A stretch of DNA of 62,676 nucleotides, filler included, from Nemertoderma westbladi (lineage: Eukaryota > Animalia > Xenacoelomorpha): the NCBI GenBank assembly GCA_032718475.1. It is 3 parts of 3 records of this genome, joined end to end, with 100 filler letters (N's around TTAATTAATTAA, not from the genome) between each part and the next. Parts side by side here need not be neighbours in the genome. Positions count along the whole stretch, not along the records: positions 1 to 29,798 come from JAUCBJ010004621.1; 2 more parts are not named here. One strand, written 5' to 3'. The notes under the pieces were generated by a model. The model saw nothing but the letters and a program-made list of their open reading frames with translations, had not been told where the DNA came from and searched no databases. The translations under genes were made by a program, and so were the position numbers. Each line of letters opens with the position of its first letter. The stretch's first letter is position 1. Shown here in pieces: positions 1 through 12,976 of this stretch.

Positions 1-114
1 CCTCGGGTGCGGGTACCAAAAGAAGGTAAACACCAAACTGGTGAACGGATACATACAAATGTTCAGTTGCTCCAGGAATCTTTCGAAAGACTTAGAGTAG
101 AGCTGGATGAATAG
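1..114 (+). CDS. Possible 3' end of an upstream coding exon (PRVRVPKEGKHQTGERIHTNVQLLQESFERLRVELDE*)
   Basis: Frame 1 is open from the window edge to TAG at 112-114 and is followed by AT-rich UTR-like sequence. No recognisable motif. Confidence 0.3.
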   Translation, partial: PRVRVPKEGKHQTGERIHTNVQLLQESFERLRVELDE

Positions 115-934
115 GCCTACTAGACGCCATCTACCGGCGACAATTCGCTAACTATACCAGGATGTTCGATACTACTGCGTACCTTAGATGGCGTATGGAG
201 TTTCCTAAAGACAAGTTTTTTTCTTATTATTCATCTTCCTACAAATGTTTTCATTGCTACTGTTTTTTACTGCGGTTTTTCCAACAGATTTCTAGAATTC
301 TTCTGAACTGAAAACCAAAAGTTTCACAGTTGGGTATCACAGTATCACATATTTGGTATCACATATTATTCACGTTTTAGTTGTGTTATATGTATATTTA
401 ATTTTAAATATTTAGAATAATCGAAATCTATAATTAAAAATTGTATATAAATATTAAATATAAATTAAGTATAATAATATAATATATTGTATTAAAAACA
501 GTTAGTAGCATAACTTGCCTTGAACAAAATATTTTTAGATGGTATCGGTTTCCGGCTTACAGTTGGAAAATATATCAAACTCCAAGAAACTCGCAAACTC
601 TAGATACGGTATATTTATTACATGTATTTAGAAAATTTAATTAAAATAAACAAATTTAAATGTTTAGTATTTTTTATTAACTCAGGCCTTTTGTTGTGTG
701 TAGATATACTTCATTAGGCAGCAATATATTATATATGATATACTTTATTGCCCTGTGATTTAATATTTCACTTGTATATTTATACAATTTTGTTTACAAC
801 TATATATATATTACCTAATACACTTTGCTAAATGTTGTTTATGTAAATATAATAGGTTTAACTGAACGCTCATTTCAAGTTTTCTAACTTACCGAACCGA
901 ACCCAGCTAGCGAGTTCACGTTAAGATCAATTAT

Positions 935-1310
935 TTGTGGGTTCATTGTATCAATTACAATGCACACTTCTCCAGCCAGACCCTATGCAACATTGTAGGT
1001 GTTTCATTAGTCCCCCTCCTCCCAAGTTTGTCACTTGAACAGAGCCGCCTCCGATATGCAGGACATTGCTTTAGTCTTGTGGACCAGCATGTGTACAATC
1101 TTGTGCAAACCCATGAAGATATTAAGTATGGGTCCATTAAGTTTTGAGTCGCTTCTTAAACGACACTGGCCTTGAAGAATTGGATAATCTCGCCAAAGTA
1201 ATGGCAATATTGATTTGGGGCAGTTAATTTTGTTAATAGACAGCATAGCTTACTCAATGCAGCATAGCTTACTCAATACAGCATAGCTTACTCAATGCAG
1301 CTAGCTACAA
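935..1310 (+). mobile_element. Degraded 3' fragment of the RTE-clade LINE
   Basis: Matches the 3' part of the RTE copies at 7936 and 52052 (VHCINYNAHFSSQTL..RLRYAGHC). Ends in about 3 copies of cagcatagcttactcaatg. Confidence 0.8.
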
Positions 1311-1717
1311 TGCACTGTGGCACAATTGAGAATTGATATTCATAATGAGATAGGGACTGTACGCCGATTATAGGGATCAATAACGTAGTGGTTCTTTGAC
1401 GCTCTCTTCTCGGGAAAGTAAATAATAAAATATTAACAATTAAATTGTAAACTTTTGTACAGAAATTGTACAAAAAATGGTAAACAATTAAATAATAAAA
1501 TTAAATGTAAATTATATAATTTAATTCTTCATTGGGAAGTATTTATTGCTGCTGCCCGGGTGAGAGTTAGATTAGGTAATTTTAACAAGGAATACATTTA
1601 TGGTGTCTGACGAATATTTGACATGCTGCAACCATAACCCGGAACGGAAGTGCTGCCCGTAATCTTATTTTCATTATTTAATGTTTAACTATAGACCTAT
1701 ATTGTTCATCTTATCAG

Positions 1718-1847
1718 TAACGTTGAGAAGATGGAAACTGTTGTCAACCATACAGGGAAACAACCTAAACGGAATATCACTGACGGCATTACTTCGCCTG
1801 ATACCAAAGGGATTTCAGACGTCACGAAGAAACCAATCAGAATCCAG
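1718..1847 (+). CDS. Putative 5' exon of Tau/MAP-like gene (NVEKMETVVNHTGKQPKRNITDGITSPDTKGISDVTKKPIRIQ)
   Basis: ttatcAG acceptor, ATG at 1731, cag|GT donor at 1848; joins the next exon in phase 0. Confidence 0.6.
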
Positions 1848-2040
1848 GTCATTTTGTTTTACTAGTATCGATATTGGCATTCTAATCTACAATGAATTTC
1901 CATAATTTTCTTATATTGACAGTAATCCCAGCAATCCCACAGTGCATTCATTATATTGCATTCTACATTTGTTGTGAATTTCATAATGAATTGATCTAGA
2001 AAGAATAATTCAGACAAAGTCTATAATATTATTGTTCCAG

Positions 2041-2145
2041 ATTATTAGTCACAGGCCAGCCGGTCCATTGCACACGGAATCTAAAGTAACTCAGTATTGG
2101 GAGCCCAAACCAAACCCTCCAGTCTCCAAGCCAACACCACAACAG
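2041..2145 (+). CDS. 105-nt phase-0 exon (IISHRPAGPLHTESKVTQYWEPKPNPPVSKPTPQQ)
   Basis: ttgttccAG acceptor, cag|GTATCT donor, open frame compatible with both neighbouring exons. Confidence 0.6.
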
Positions 2146-2622
2146 GTATCTCCTTCAACTACACATTCTTCCATCTGACGTTCTGCTTTTGCTCACATTT
2201 TCCTCACTAAACAGCAACAACTCGTACAATAACACCGGTTGTAATAACTTTATTGTTGTTGATCTTTTCTAGCGATGAACTATGAGCTGTTATTTACAAT
2301 CTTATATCGTGTCACATTCTTATTTACTAACAACATTTTATTTTATTATTTGCAAGATTAACATCGGACGCACTAATTCCGCTACAAGAAATAATATTTA
2401 CTAAACCTTGCCATGACATCATCGAATATGAAATTTCCCAATTTTCACAGCAACTAACATATCAACGATGTTCGAATTTCGCGTATTGAGTTCTACTTTG
2501 GAGTTAACAATAATTTCATAATATAATACTTATTAGAGATTTATTTACTGTGATGGCGAGATCTTTACTACGGTATATACTTACTACGGCGAAAATGTTA
2601 ACTAATGATTTTGTTATCCTGA

Positions 2623-4683
2623 CGAACCTGAATCTCGTCTGTAGCGAACCTGAATCTCGTCTGTAGCGAACCTGAATCTCGTCTGTAGCGAACCTGAATA
2701 TCGTCTGTAGCGAACCTGAATCTCGTCTGTAGCGAACCTGAATCTCGTCTGTAGCGAACCTGAATCTCGTCTGTAGCGAACCTGAATCTCGCCTGTAGCG
2801 AACCTGAATCTCGTCTATAGCGAACCTGAATCTCGTCTGTATCGAACCTGAATCTCGTCTGTATCGAACCTGATTCTCGTCTGTAGCGAACCTGAATCTC
2901 GTCTGTAGCGAACCTGAATCTCGTCTGTACCGAACCTGAATCTCGTCTGTAGCGAACCTGAATCTCGTCTGTAGCGAACCTGAATCTCGTCTGTATCGAA
3001 CCTGAATCTCGTCTGTAGCGAACGTGAATCTCGTCTGTAGCGAACCTGAATCTCGTCTGTAGCGAACCTGAATCTCGTCTGTAGCGAACCTGAATCTCGT
3101 CTGTAGCGAACCAGAATCTCGACTGTAGCGAACCAGAATCTCGTCTGTAGCGAACCTGAATCTCGTCTGTAGCGAACCTGAATCTCGTCTGTAGCGAACC
3201 TGAATCTCGTCTGTAGCGAACCTGAATCTCGCCTGTAGCGAACCTGAATCTCGCCTGTAGCGAACCTGAATCTCGCCTGTAGCGAACCTGAATCTCGTCT
3301 GTACCGAACCTGAATCTCGTCTGTAGCGAACCTGAATCTCGTCTGTAGCGAACCTGAATCTCGTCTGTAGCGAACCTGAATCTCGTCTGTAGCGAACCTG
3401 AATCTCGTCTGTAGCGAACCTGAATCTCGTCTGTAGCCGACCTGAATCTCGTCTATAGCGAACCTGAATCTCGTCTGTAGCGAACCTGAATCTCGCCTAT
3501 AGCGAACCTGAATCTCGTCTGTAGCGAACCTGAATCTCGTCTGTAGCGAACCTGAATCTCGTCTGTAGCGAACCTGAATCTCTTCTGTAGCGAACCTGAA
3601 TCTCGTCTGTAGCGAACCTGAATCTCGCCTATAGCGAACCTGAATCTCGTCTGTAGCGAACCTGAATCTCGTCTGTAGCGAACCTGAATCTCGTCTGTAG
3701 CGAACATGAATCTCGTATGTAGCGAACCTGAATCTCGTATGTAGCGAACCTGAATCTCGTCTGTAGCGAACCTCAATATTGTCTGTAGCGAACCTGAATC
3801 TCGTCCGTAGCGAACCTTAATCTCGTCTGTAGCGAACCTGAATCTCGTCTGTACCGAACCTGAATCTCGTCTGTAGCGAACCTGAATCTCGTCTGTAGCG
3901 AACCTGAATCTCGTCTGTAGCGAACCTGAATCTCGCCTATAGCGAACCTGCATCTCGTCTGTAGCGAACCTGAATCTCGTCTGTAGCGAACCTGAATCTC
4001 GTCTGTAGCGAACATGAATCTCGTATGTAGCGAACATGAATCTCGTATGTAGCGAACATGAATCTCGTATGTAGCGAACCTGAATCTCGTCTGTAGCGAA
4101 CCTGAATCTCGTCTGTAGCGAACCTGAATCTCGTCTGTAGCGAACCTGAATCTCGTCTGTAGCGAACCTGAATCTCGTCTGTAGCGAACCTGAATCTCGT
4201 CTGTAGCGAACCTGAATCTCGTCTGTAGCGAACCTGAATCTCGTCTGTAGCGAACCTGAATCTCGTCTGTAGCGAACCTGAATCTCGTATGTAGCGAACC
4301 TGAATCTCGTATGTAGAGAACCTGAATCTCGTCTGTAGCGAACCTGAATCTCGGTTGTAGCGAACCTGAATCTCGTCTGTAGCGAACCTGAATCTAGTCT
4401 GTAGCGAACCTGAATCTCGTCTGTAGCGAACCTGAATCTCGTCTGTAGCGAACCTGAATCTCGTCTGTAGCGAACCTGAATCTCGTCTGTAGCGAACCTG
4501 AATCTCGTCTGTAGCGAACCTGAATCTCGTCTGTAGCGAACCTGAATCTCGTCTGTTGCGAACCTGAATCTCGTCTGTAGCGAACCTGAATCTCGTCTCT
4601 AGCGAACCTGAATCTCGTCTGTAGCGAACCTGAATCTCGTCTGTATCGAACCTGAATCTCGTCTGTAGCGAACCTGAGTCTCG
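2623..4683. repeat. 22-bp minisatellite (cgaacctgaatctcgtctgtag), about 94 copies, intronic
   Basis: Direct 22-nt periodicity; the minus-strand ORFs here are 22-aa repeats (3 units). Confidence 0.97.
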
Positions 4684-4720
4684 AATATGTTAACATTCTA
4701 ACATAGCGATGTCTTTATAG

Positions 4721-4822
4721 ATCCTGAAAGAATCTTCCGAATTCCACTACGCCCATTTAGAGATAGAAGATCTCGACTCTACCGACCCCATCGACGACCC
4801 TAAGCTTATCAGGAAGTATAAG
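4721..4822 (+). CDS. 102-nt phase-0 exon (ILKESSEFHYAHLEIEDLDSTDPIDDPKLIRKYK)
   Basis: tttatAG acceptor, aag|GTAAGA donor, in frame with the large exon at 5078. Confidence 0.7.
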
Positions 4823-5077
4823 GTAAGAAGGAGTTTTAACTTTATCGCCCTAACAGCGCGTTTAATATGTGGGATATGTTAATGCCCAATAAAATTTTAT
4901 TAGAATTCCAATTTTTAGGCTTAGCTTTATTCTTTTGGCGCAGTGAATAAGTGAATAAAAAAAACGAATAAGTTATGCTTTATTTAGTTATACTTTATTT
5001 AGTTATGCTTTTTTAGTTATCAATTAATTATTCAATAAATACAAAGTAAATACATTTTTGATACTTTTTTACTTCAG

Positions 5078-7486
5078 GTAGAGAAACACGGTGATACTCC
5101 AATAATCGATCGCGACCAACGAAATGTTTTCTGGAGACGAGGATCCTTGTTCCCCTTGATAAGAACTCCAATAAGTGAACCTACCGAGGCTCTGGAAGAG
5201 CTGGAGGAACCTTCTCAGGAATTTATTGAACAGGAAGACATTTACAAAACAGAAATGGAATTGTGTGAGAATAGTGATAGTGAAGTTTCTTCTGATGATG
5301 GGATTAAATACAATATGAAGAACAATAATGTTTATGTAAAGATGAGAAATGATGTTATACCTGCGGGTCAACCGGAAACAATTCCAGAAAACGTCAAAGA
5401 AGGTGTGGGTAGCCCAAAGGATGTGAATATTAATGTTAACAACCCTATTACATCCGAAACACTTAAACCACAATTGAAGGAGAATATATCTCAATCTGTT
5501 CGGAATAAGACCAACTTAAAAAAGTCGCCAATTACTCAATCCACAATATCTTCACGGGCAAAAGGAAGAAAATACTCCAGTTATGCTATTAGAACCTCAT
5601 CGGATAGCAGCAGAAGAACCGCCAGTGAATCGTGTTGGTCGAGTGATTCCTTCGAGCAGAACGAAGAAGAATGTAGTAGATCGACCACAGAAGATGCAAA
5701 CAACTCTCAGTACATAGCTAGACATCGGGTGCGACTAAATATGCCGCAACGCGCAAGTTCTGAGTCAAGCATGGATAGACACAGGGTCAGTCAAGATAAA
5801 CCAATTGATGTTACACCTTATCACATAGACAAACAATTAAGTGATGAACCTATTAGATCTCCACATAATATCTGTAGAAAATGCATTCAGAAAAAAATTC
5901 CCCAAGATAAACAAATAAACCCCCATGGCAGTGCTGTTAAGGATAGAATAGACAAAAAGAAATTTAAAAAACCAGCAGATATGAAGGAATGGAACATATC
6001 TACTAAAGGGCTTAATCTAAAGGAGAGCCTAAGGAAATATGATGAGATTATAAAAATGAGACGAAAGTTATCACGGGAGAGAGAGTTAGCTCGGGAAAAA
6101 AAATTATCACGGGAATTTTCTAATGAATCTTGTGATAAATCAAACGATGTCTTTTCTCCTGCAGTATTATTATTAGAGGAACCTAACTTTTATTATCCTG
6201 TAATAAAAGCACATTCTGAACAAGAGCTTGAACAGTCTGCTGTAACTACAACTGTAGTTAAAATATCAAATAAAATATCGGAAGTTTCATCACCTACACA
6301 AACTGCTAAACCAGCCTGGAAAAGCTCAATAAAACCGCAGAATAAACAGCCAATCTTTATGGCCAGTCCTGTAAGATCAGAGTCTCTGATTAAACACAAG
6401 GACCACATGATGCACCATAGAATGTCTGTCGATGAGTTAGTGCCTAATTCTCCTGCAGCTAGTAGGCAATTAATTAATAAATTACGCCTCCAGGCCAATA
6501 ACAGGCAACAATCAGATATCAAAAATAAATCCAACCCCAATCCAACTGGAAAATCGGTCAACATTGCAAATATCAGTAATTCCAGGCAGGATCTACCTCA
6601 TACGTCGGAATCTCATAACCTTTTAGTCAAAAGTGAAACAAAGCCGGCAAAAGTTCCATGTGTTAAAATTGGTAAAGATAGACGCGAACAAACAAGTTCT
6701 GTTTCTAGTGTGGACCATGTTGGAGAGCCTATTTCTAATAATCACATTACACAGACGCCGCAACGTTCAAATATTACTGTCTTGTCAGATTCCCAATCTA
6801 AGAAACAACCTTGGATGGCTTCGCCCACAATCCAATATTTTAAACCACCCTACTGGTCAGAACAAGATAAATTTGATAAGGAAAGAAAATTCAAACATAA
6901 AAAACAACCAACTTACGAAGAATCAAAGAATATAAATCAAATTGATCGAAAAATTCAAAATGATGGCAGAGTTGATATTCACATTCATTCATCCCACGTT
7001 CATGATAATGACAGCGATGTGAATGGAGTCTACAAGAGGAAAGTTCGTTGTCATCGGAAAAAGGAGTGGGATATATCTACAAAGTACGATGCAGATGGAA
7101 CACCATTCTGGGGACCAGCGAGAGAAGTTGAATACGATCTGCAGCGGTATCGCAGCGACATTCACAGCAATCCCCAAGACAAAGAAGACGATTACGAGAT
7201 GGTTTACGAGCCAGATGAATCTGAAGCCGTCTATGTTAACCGTATGAAGGAAAGCGCTAAAGAGTTGGTTCATGTGGATGGTTACCACAATGACGATGTA
7301 TTCACTGAAGCTAGAGAATCAAATCGGTATTTTGTTTATCGTTACAGAAAGACAGATGGGGCAGTTGTGATGAAGCAAACCATGCCCAACTCCAATCACA
7401 GCCGTAATGTTAGAGTAGTAAATCACATGGGAATCATTGACTTATCCGCCATACTCAGTATATTCACAAAAAATTATCACCGGTAA
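5078..7486 (+). CDS. Large (about 800 codon) exon encoding a Ser/Lys/Glu/Asn-rich, probably disordered region; candidate projection domain of a MAP2/Tau-like protein
   Basis: ttttacttcAG acceptor at 5077, in frame with ORF 5147-7486. Internal repeats KEWNISTK/KEWDISTK and PIFMASP/PWMASP. A possible donor cg|GTAATT overlaps the stop codon. The link to the tau exons is inferred. Confidence 0.8.
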   Translation, partial: VEKHGDTPIIDRDQRNVFWRRGSLFPLIRTPISEPTEALEELEEPSQEFIEQEDIYKTEMELCENSDSEVSSDDGIKYNMKNNNVYVKMRNDVIPAGQPETIPENVKEGVGSPKDVNINVNNPITSETLKPQLKENISQSVRNKTNLKKSPITQSTISSRAKGRKYSSYAIRTSSDSSRRTASESCWSSDSFEQNEEECSRSTTEDANNSQYIARHRVRLNMPQRASSESSMDRHRVSQDKPIDVTPYHIDKQLSDEPIRSPHNICRKCIQKKIPQDKQINPHGSAVKDRIDKKKFKKPADMKEWNISTKGLNLKESLRKYDEIIKMRRKLSRERELAREKKLSREFSNESCDKSNDVFSPAVLLLEEPNFYYPVIKAHSEQELEQSAVTTTVVKISNKISEVSSPTQTAKPAWKSSIKPQNKQPIFMASPVRSESLIKHKDHMMHHRMSVDELVPNSPAASRQLINKLRLQANNRQQSDIKNKSNPNPTGKSVNIANISNSRQDLPHTSESHNLLVKSETKPAKVPCVKIGKDRREQTSSVSSVDHVGEPISNNHITQTPQRSNITVLSDSQSKKQPWMASPTIQYFKPPYWSEQDKFDKERKFKHKKQPTYEESKNINQIDRKIQNDGRVDIHIHSSHVHDNDSDVNGVYKRKVRCHRKKEWDISTKYDADGTPFWGPAREVEYDLQRYRSDIHSNPQDKEDDYEMVYEPDESEAVYVNRMKESAKELVHVDGYHNDDVFTEARESNRYFVYRYRKTDGAVVMKQTMPNSNHSRNVRVVNHMGIIDLSAILSIFTKNYHR

Positions 7487-7935
7487 TTTTATTAGTTGTT
7501 TGAAGTTGTTTAGCGAATTTAGTTATTAGTTGATTTTCTCTAAATTTTATGCTATTTATAGGATTCCTCTAACACGTTATTATTAATATAGTTGAGACGA
7601 TAAGCGCTCACGATTTTTATATTGAAAGCCAAAATTTAATTGAGAAATGAAAAGATATTGGCATTCGATATATTTTAAGTTTGACGGGAATAAAATATAA
7701 TAAAAGAAAAGATAAAGTTATTTTATACAGATGGATTATCATCAAGGGAAATATCATTGAGTTGAATGCTAATATCAAGGGTTTTTTTAATAATTCAGAC
7801 ACCGTTGTTTTGAATCCTTTACCTTTCCCCAGATGCCTAGGTCTTATCCCAAACTCTTTGTTCATGACCACAAATTGCAGAAATCGTCAACGAGACATAA
7901 ATATCCATCCAGTAATCTCATTTATATACATAAAT

Positions 7936-8790
7936 GTCGAGGAAATCCTGCCAAGTACCTAACTGATCTAGACTTTGCTGATGACTTAGGAGTACACTCA
8001 GAATCATTAGAGGGAGCCCAACGGCTCCTCAGCTCATTAGAACATGCTGCTTCTAGTGTTGGTCTTTTTATTAACTCCAGAAAGACCAAAATTTTAACAG
8101 TCAACTTTGAAAGTCCTCAGCAAGTCTCTGATCGGATGAGCATAAGCTCAAAGGATGGTATGCTTGAGCATGTGGACGACTTCTGTTACCTGGGATCATG
8201 GATCCGGAAGTCAGGTGAGGACCTTCGAATACGTAAGGGAAAGGCATGGGCAGCCTTGAATAGGCTTTCCAGGATTTGGAAGTCACCGAGAATTAATCGG
8301 AAACTTAAGATCCGATTATTTAGAGCAGCAGTAGTTCCAGTACTCCTCTACGGGAGTCCATGCTGGGCTCTAACTGCTGAGGACACCAAATCTCTGGATG
8401 GCACATTCACAAGAATGCTACGCCGGGTTCATTGTGTCAAGTACAATGCACACATCTCCAACCAGACACTATATAACATTGGAGGTGTCTCATTGGTTCC
8501 CCCAAGCTTGACACTAGAACAAAATCGCCTCCGCTTTGCAGGACATTGCTTTCGCAGTGAGGACCAGCCAGTGCATAATCTTGTACTTTGGCAGCCTCGT
8601 GGAGTGAATAAGCATGGTGGACAGCCCATGACTTTCTTGAGACGCATCTTAAAGGACACTGGCCTTAAAGATGCGGATGATCTAGCAAATGTCATGGGTG
8701 ATAGGGAGTTGTGGCGGTGCAATTTTGTTGACAAGCCGGCACAGCATTCTTAAAAATGCAGCTGCAATGCAGCATGCCGATCCTAGTAGT
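7936..8790 (+). mobile_element. 5'-truncated RTE-clade LINE (RT C-terminal half)
   Basis: DLDFADD, FCYLGSWI, LLYGSPCW and RLRFAGHC motifs; (TAG)n tail; imperfect TSD atatacat on both sides. Confidence 0.93.
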
Positions 8791-8916
8791 ATATACATGA
8801 GAAATTGCTGGCTAGAATATATGTTCCGTGTCAGGAGTTTAGTCTTCAAAGTACTTCACAAGAATACCAAAATTGTGCAACTGCTGTTAGCAACTTTTAA
8901 TCTCCTTCCAATACTA

Positions 8917-11836
8917 CTACTGCTACTGCTACTGCTACTGCTACTGCTACTGCTACTGCTACTGCTACTGCTACTGCTACTGCTACTGCTACTGCTACTG
9001 CTACTGCTACTGCTACTGCTACTGCTACTGCTACTGCTACTGCTACTGCTACTGCTACTGCTACTGCTACTGCTACTGCTACTGCTACTGCTACTGCTAC
9101 TGCTACTGCTACTGCTACTGCTACTGCTACTGCTACTTCTACTGCTACTGCTACTGCTACTGCTACTGCTACTGCTACTGCTACTGCTACTGCTACTGCT
9201 ACTGCTACTGCTACTGCTACTGCTACTGCTACTGCTACTGCTACTGCTACTGCTACTGCTACTGCTACTGCTACTGCTACTGCTACTGCTACTGCTACTG
9301 CTACTGCTACTGCTACTGCTACTGCTACTGCTACTGCTACTGCTACTGCTACTGCTACTGCTACTGCTACTGCTACTGCTACTGCTACTGCTACTGCTAC
9401 TGCTACTGCTACTGCTACTGCTACTGCTACTGCTACTGCTACTGCTACTGCTACTGCTACTGCTACTGCTACTGCTACTGCTACTGCTACTGCTACTGCT
9501 ACTGCTACTGCTACTGCTACTGCTACTGCTACTGCTACTGCTACTGCTACTGCTACTGCTACTGCTACTGCTACTGCTACTGCTACTGCTACTGCTACTG
9601 CTACTGCTACTGCTACTGCTACTGCTACTGCTACTGCTACTGCTACTGCTACTGCTACTGCTACTGCTACTGCTACTGCTACTGCTACTGCTACTGCTAC
9701 TGCTACTGCTACTGCTACTGCTACTGCTACTGCTACTGCTACTGCTACTGCTACTGCTACTGCTACTGCTACTGCTACTGCTACTGCTACTGCTACTGCT
9801 ACTGCTACTGCTACTGCTACTGCTACTGCTACTGCTACTGCTACTGCTACTGCTACTGCTACTGCTACTGCTACTGCTACTGCTACTGCTACTGCTACTG
9901 CTACTGCTACTGCTACTGCTACTGCTACTGCTACTGCTACTGCTACTGCTACTGCTACTGCTACTGCTACTGCTACTGCTACTGCTACTGCTACTGCTAC
10001 TGCTACTGCTACTGCTACTGCTACTGCTACTGCTACTGCTACTGCTACTGCTACTGCTACTGCTACTGCTACTGCTACTGCTACTGCTACTGCTACTGCT
10101 ACTGCTACTGCTACTGCTACTGCTACTGCTACTGCTACTGCTACTGCTACTGCTACTGCTACTGCTACTGCTACTGCTACTGCTACTGCTACTGCTACTG
10201 CTACTGCTACTGCTACTGCTACTGCTACTGCTACTGCTACTGCTACTGCTACTGCTACTGCTACTGCTACTGCTACTGCTACTGCTACTGCTACTGCTAC
10301 TGCTACTGCTACTGCTACTGCTACTGCTACTGCTACTGCTACTGCTACTGCTACTGCTACTGCTACTGCTACTGCTACTGCTACTGCTACTGCTACTGCT
10401 ACTGCTACTGCTACTGCTACTGCTACTGCTACTGCTACTGCTACTGCTACTGCTACTGCTACTGCTACTGCTACTGCTACTGCTACTGCTACTGCTACTG
10501 CTACTGCTACTGCTACTGCTACTGCTACTGCTACTGCTACTGCTACTGCTACTGCTACTGCTACTGCTACTGCTACTGCTACTGCTACTGCTACTGCTAC
10601 TGCTACTGCTACTGCTACTGCTACTGCTACTGCTACTGCTACTGCTACTGCTACTGCTACTGCTACTGCTACTGCTACTGCTACTGCTACTGCTACTGCT
10701 ACTGCTACTGCTACTGCTACTGCTACTGCTACTGCTACTGCTACTGCTACTGCTACTGCTACTGCTACTGCTACTGCTACTGCTACTGCTACTGCTACTG
10801 CTACTGCTACTGCTACTGCTACTGCTACTGCTACTGCTACTGCTACTGCTACTGCTACTGCTACTGCTACTGCTACTGCTACTGCTACTGCTACTGCTAC
10901 TGCTACTGCTACTGCTACTGCTACTGCTACTGCTACTGCTACTGCTACTGCTACTGCTACTGCTACTGCTACTGCTACTGCTACTGCTACTGCTACTGCT
11001 ACTGCTACTGCTACTGCTACTGCTACTGCTACTGCTACTGCTACTGCTACTGCTACTGCTACTGCTACTGCTACTGCTACTGCTACTGCTACTGCTACTG
11101 CTACTGCTACTGCTACTGCTACTGCTACTGCTACTGCTACTGCTACTGCTACTGCTACTGCTACTGCTACTGCTACTGCTACTGCTACTGCTACTGCTAC
11201 TGCTACTGCTACTGCTACTGCTACTGCTACTGCTACTGCTACTGCTACTGCTACTGCTACTGCTACTGCTACTGCTACTGCTACTGCTACTGCTACTGCT
11301 ACTGCTACTGCTACTGCTACTGCTACTGCTACTGCTACTGCTACTGCTACTGCTACTGCTACTGCTACTGCTACTGCTACTGCTACTGCTACTGCTACTG
11401 CTACTGCTACTGCTACTGCTACTGCTACTGCTACTGCTACTGCTACTGCTACTGCTACTGCTACTGCTACTGCTACTGCTACTGCTACTGCTACTGCTAC
11501 TGCTACTGCTACTGCTACTGCTACTGCTACTGCTACTGCTACTGCTACTGCTACTGCTACTGCTACTGCTACTGCTACTGCTACTGCTACTGCTACTGCT
11601 ACTGCTACTGCTACTGCTACTGCTACTGCTACTGCTACTGCTACTGCTACTGCTACTGCTACTGCTACTGCTACTGCTACTGCTACTGCTACTGCTACTG
11701 CTACTGCTACTGCTACTGCTACTGCTACTGCTACTGCTACTGCTACTGCTACTGCTACTGCTACTGCTACTGCTACTGCTACTGCTACTGCTACTGCTAC
11801 TGCTACTGCTACTGCTACTGCTACTGCTACTGCTAC
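8917..11836. repeat. (CTACTG)n microsatellite, about 486 copies
   Basis: Perfect hexamer run with one visible variant at 9138. Explains the poly-L, poly-S and (VA)n ORFs. Confidence 0.99.
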
Positions 11837-12976
11837 CAGAAAGAAAATGTATATCCTCGCCATCTGAATTATGGAGCCTTATACCAATTTTAATCAAACT
11901 AAACAATAGACAAGCGCAATTTAAGTATCAATTTGAGAACATGTAAAGTTTTTTATAAGGGGTTTGTGTGTGGTGTGTAATACCTCTACAACTCAGCGTG
12001 TTAATGATTAAAACTTGTTTCTACTTCGCCATGGGAACACCTCCCCCATTTCATTTGGAATATAGCTATTTTTTATGGTAATATATTGTAAAATATTATA
12101 AATTACATCTATTTCCATCAATGTGTGAAAAGTATTACTTTTCAGTGTTTTGACCCCGAGTGTATTTATGTACCGATCGAGCGCAGCGAGGAATATTTAC
12201 ATTAATAAACAAGGTTCTTTAAAGCCCAACGCTGCTGATTAGTGCCCCCTGTTCGTACAATGATCTACACGTAGTTTCGTTACCTTAGATCAACTTATCA
12301 GCAGCGTTCTGCTCTGCTGATATCGTCGAAAGGCCGCAGAGTAATTGATTACTTAGAAACAACCGACTTCACGAATAAGTCTTGAGTATTCTTCAGTGCT
12401 CTTTCGTGAAAGATACCATTTTTAATAAGTGTAAAATTGTTAGTACTGCTATTTATTGCAAAAATGATTATGAATTGAAACAATAATAAAGTGAATAATT
12501 AAACGTGCAGAACGCTTAATAAGTTTACATAATGTAACAAAATTACGTACACCACTGTGTGAAAAGGGCGCTATTCAACGTAAAATATCATTATTTTTTT
12601 GTAAACCTCCCTTTATCACGCTAGGTAGGCCTATACACTCTGGTCATAACGATGAAAAGTGCTAATTTTCGAACAATGATATAGAGTCATTGCGTATAAA
12701 GTTGAAATAATAATACAAGGCTGTTGTTACATATTAATATTACTTAAATTTCAATTAACGTTAATGTTTTTTATAATGTTATTTTTCTCCTGGTTTTATT
12801 TTAATAATTATGATTATACTTAAAGTTTAACTATAATCTGGAGTAAAAGCAGCACATTTAAAAATTAAGACAAAACCAAATTACTAATACTTATAAACTT
12901 TTAAATTACATAAACACTTTTTTCATAAACAACTAAACAAGGTTACATTTCTCACAATTTTAAATTCAGTAAAAAA

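Noticed and set aside
7833-8753. Host-RT fusion gene (306 aa)
   Set aside because: Chance in-frame read-through from flanking DNA into a 5'-truncated RTE that lacks the N-terminal half of RT.
8689-11946. 1000-aa poly-Leu, poly-Ser and (VA)n ORFs
   Set aside because: They are translations of the CTACTG microsatellite, with no other coding evidence.
12110-12630. Second palindromic, Crypton-like element (cgagcgcagcgag core, repeated tgtgtgaaaag)
   Set aside because: Boundaries and inverted arms could not be defined by eye.
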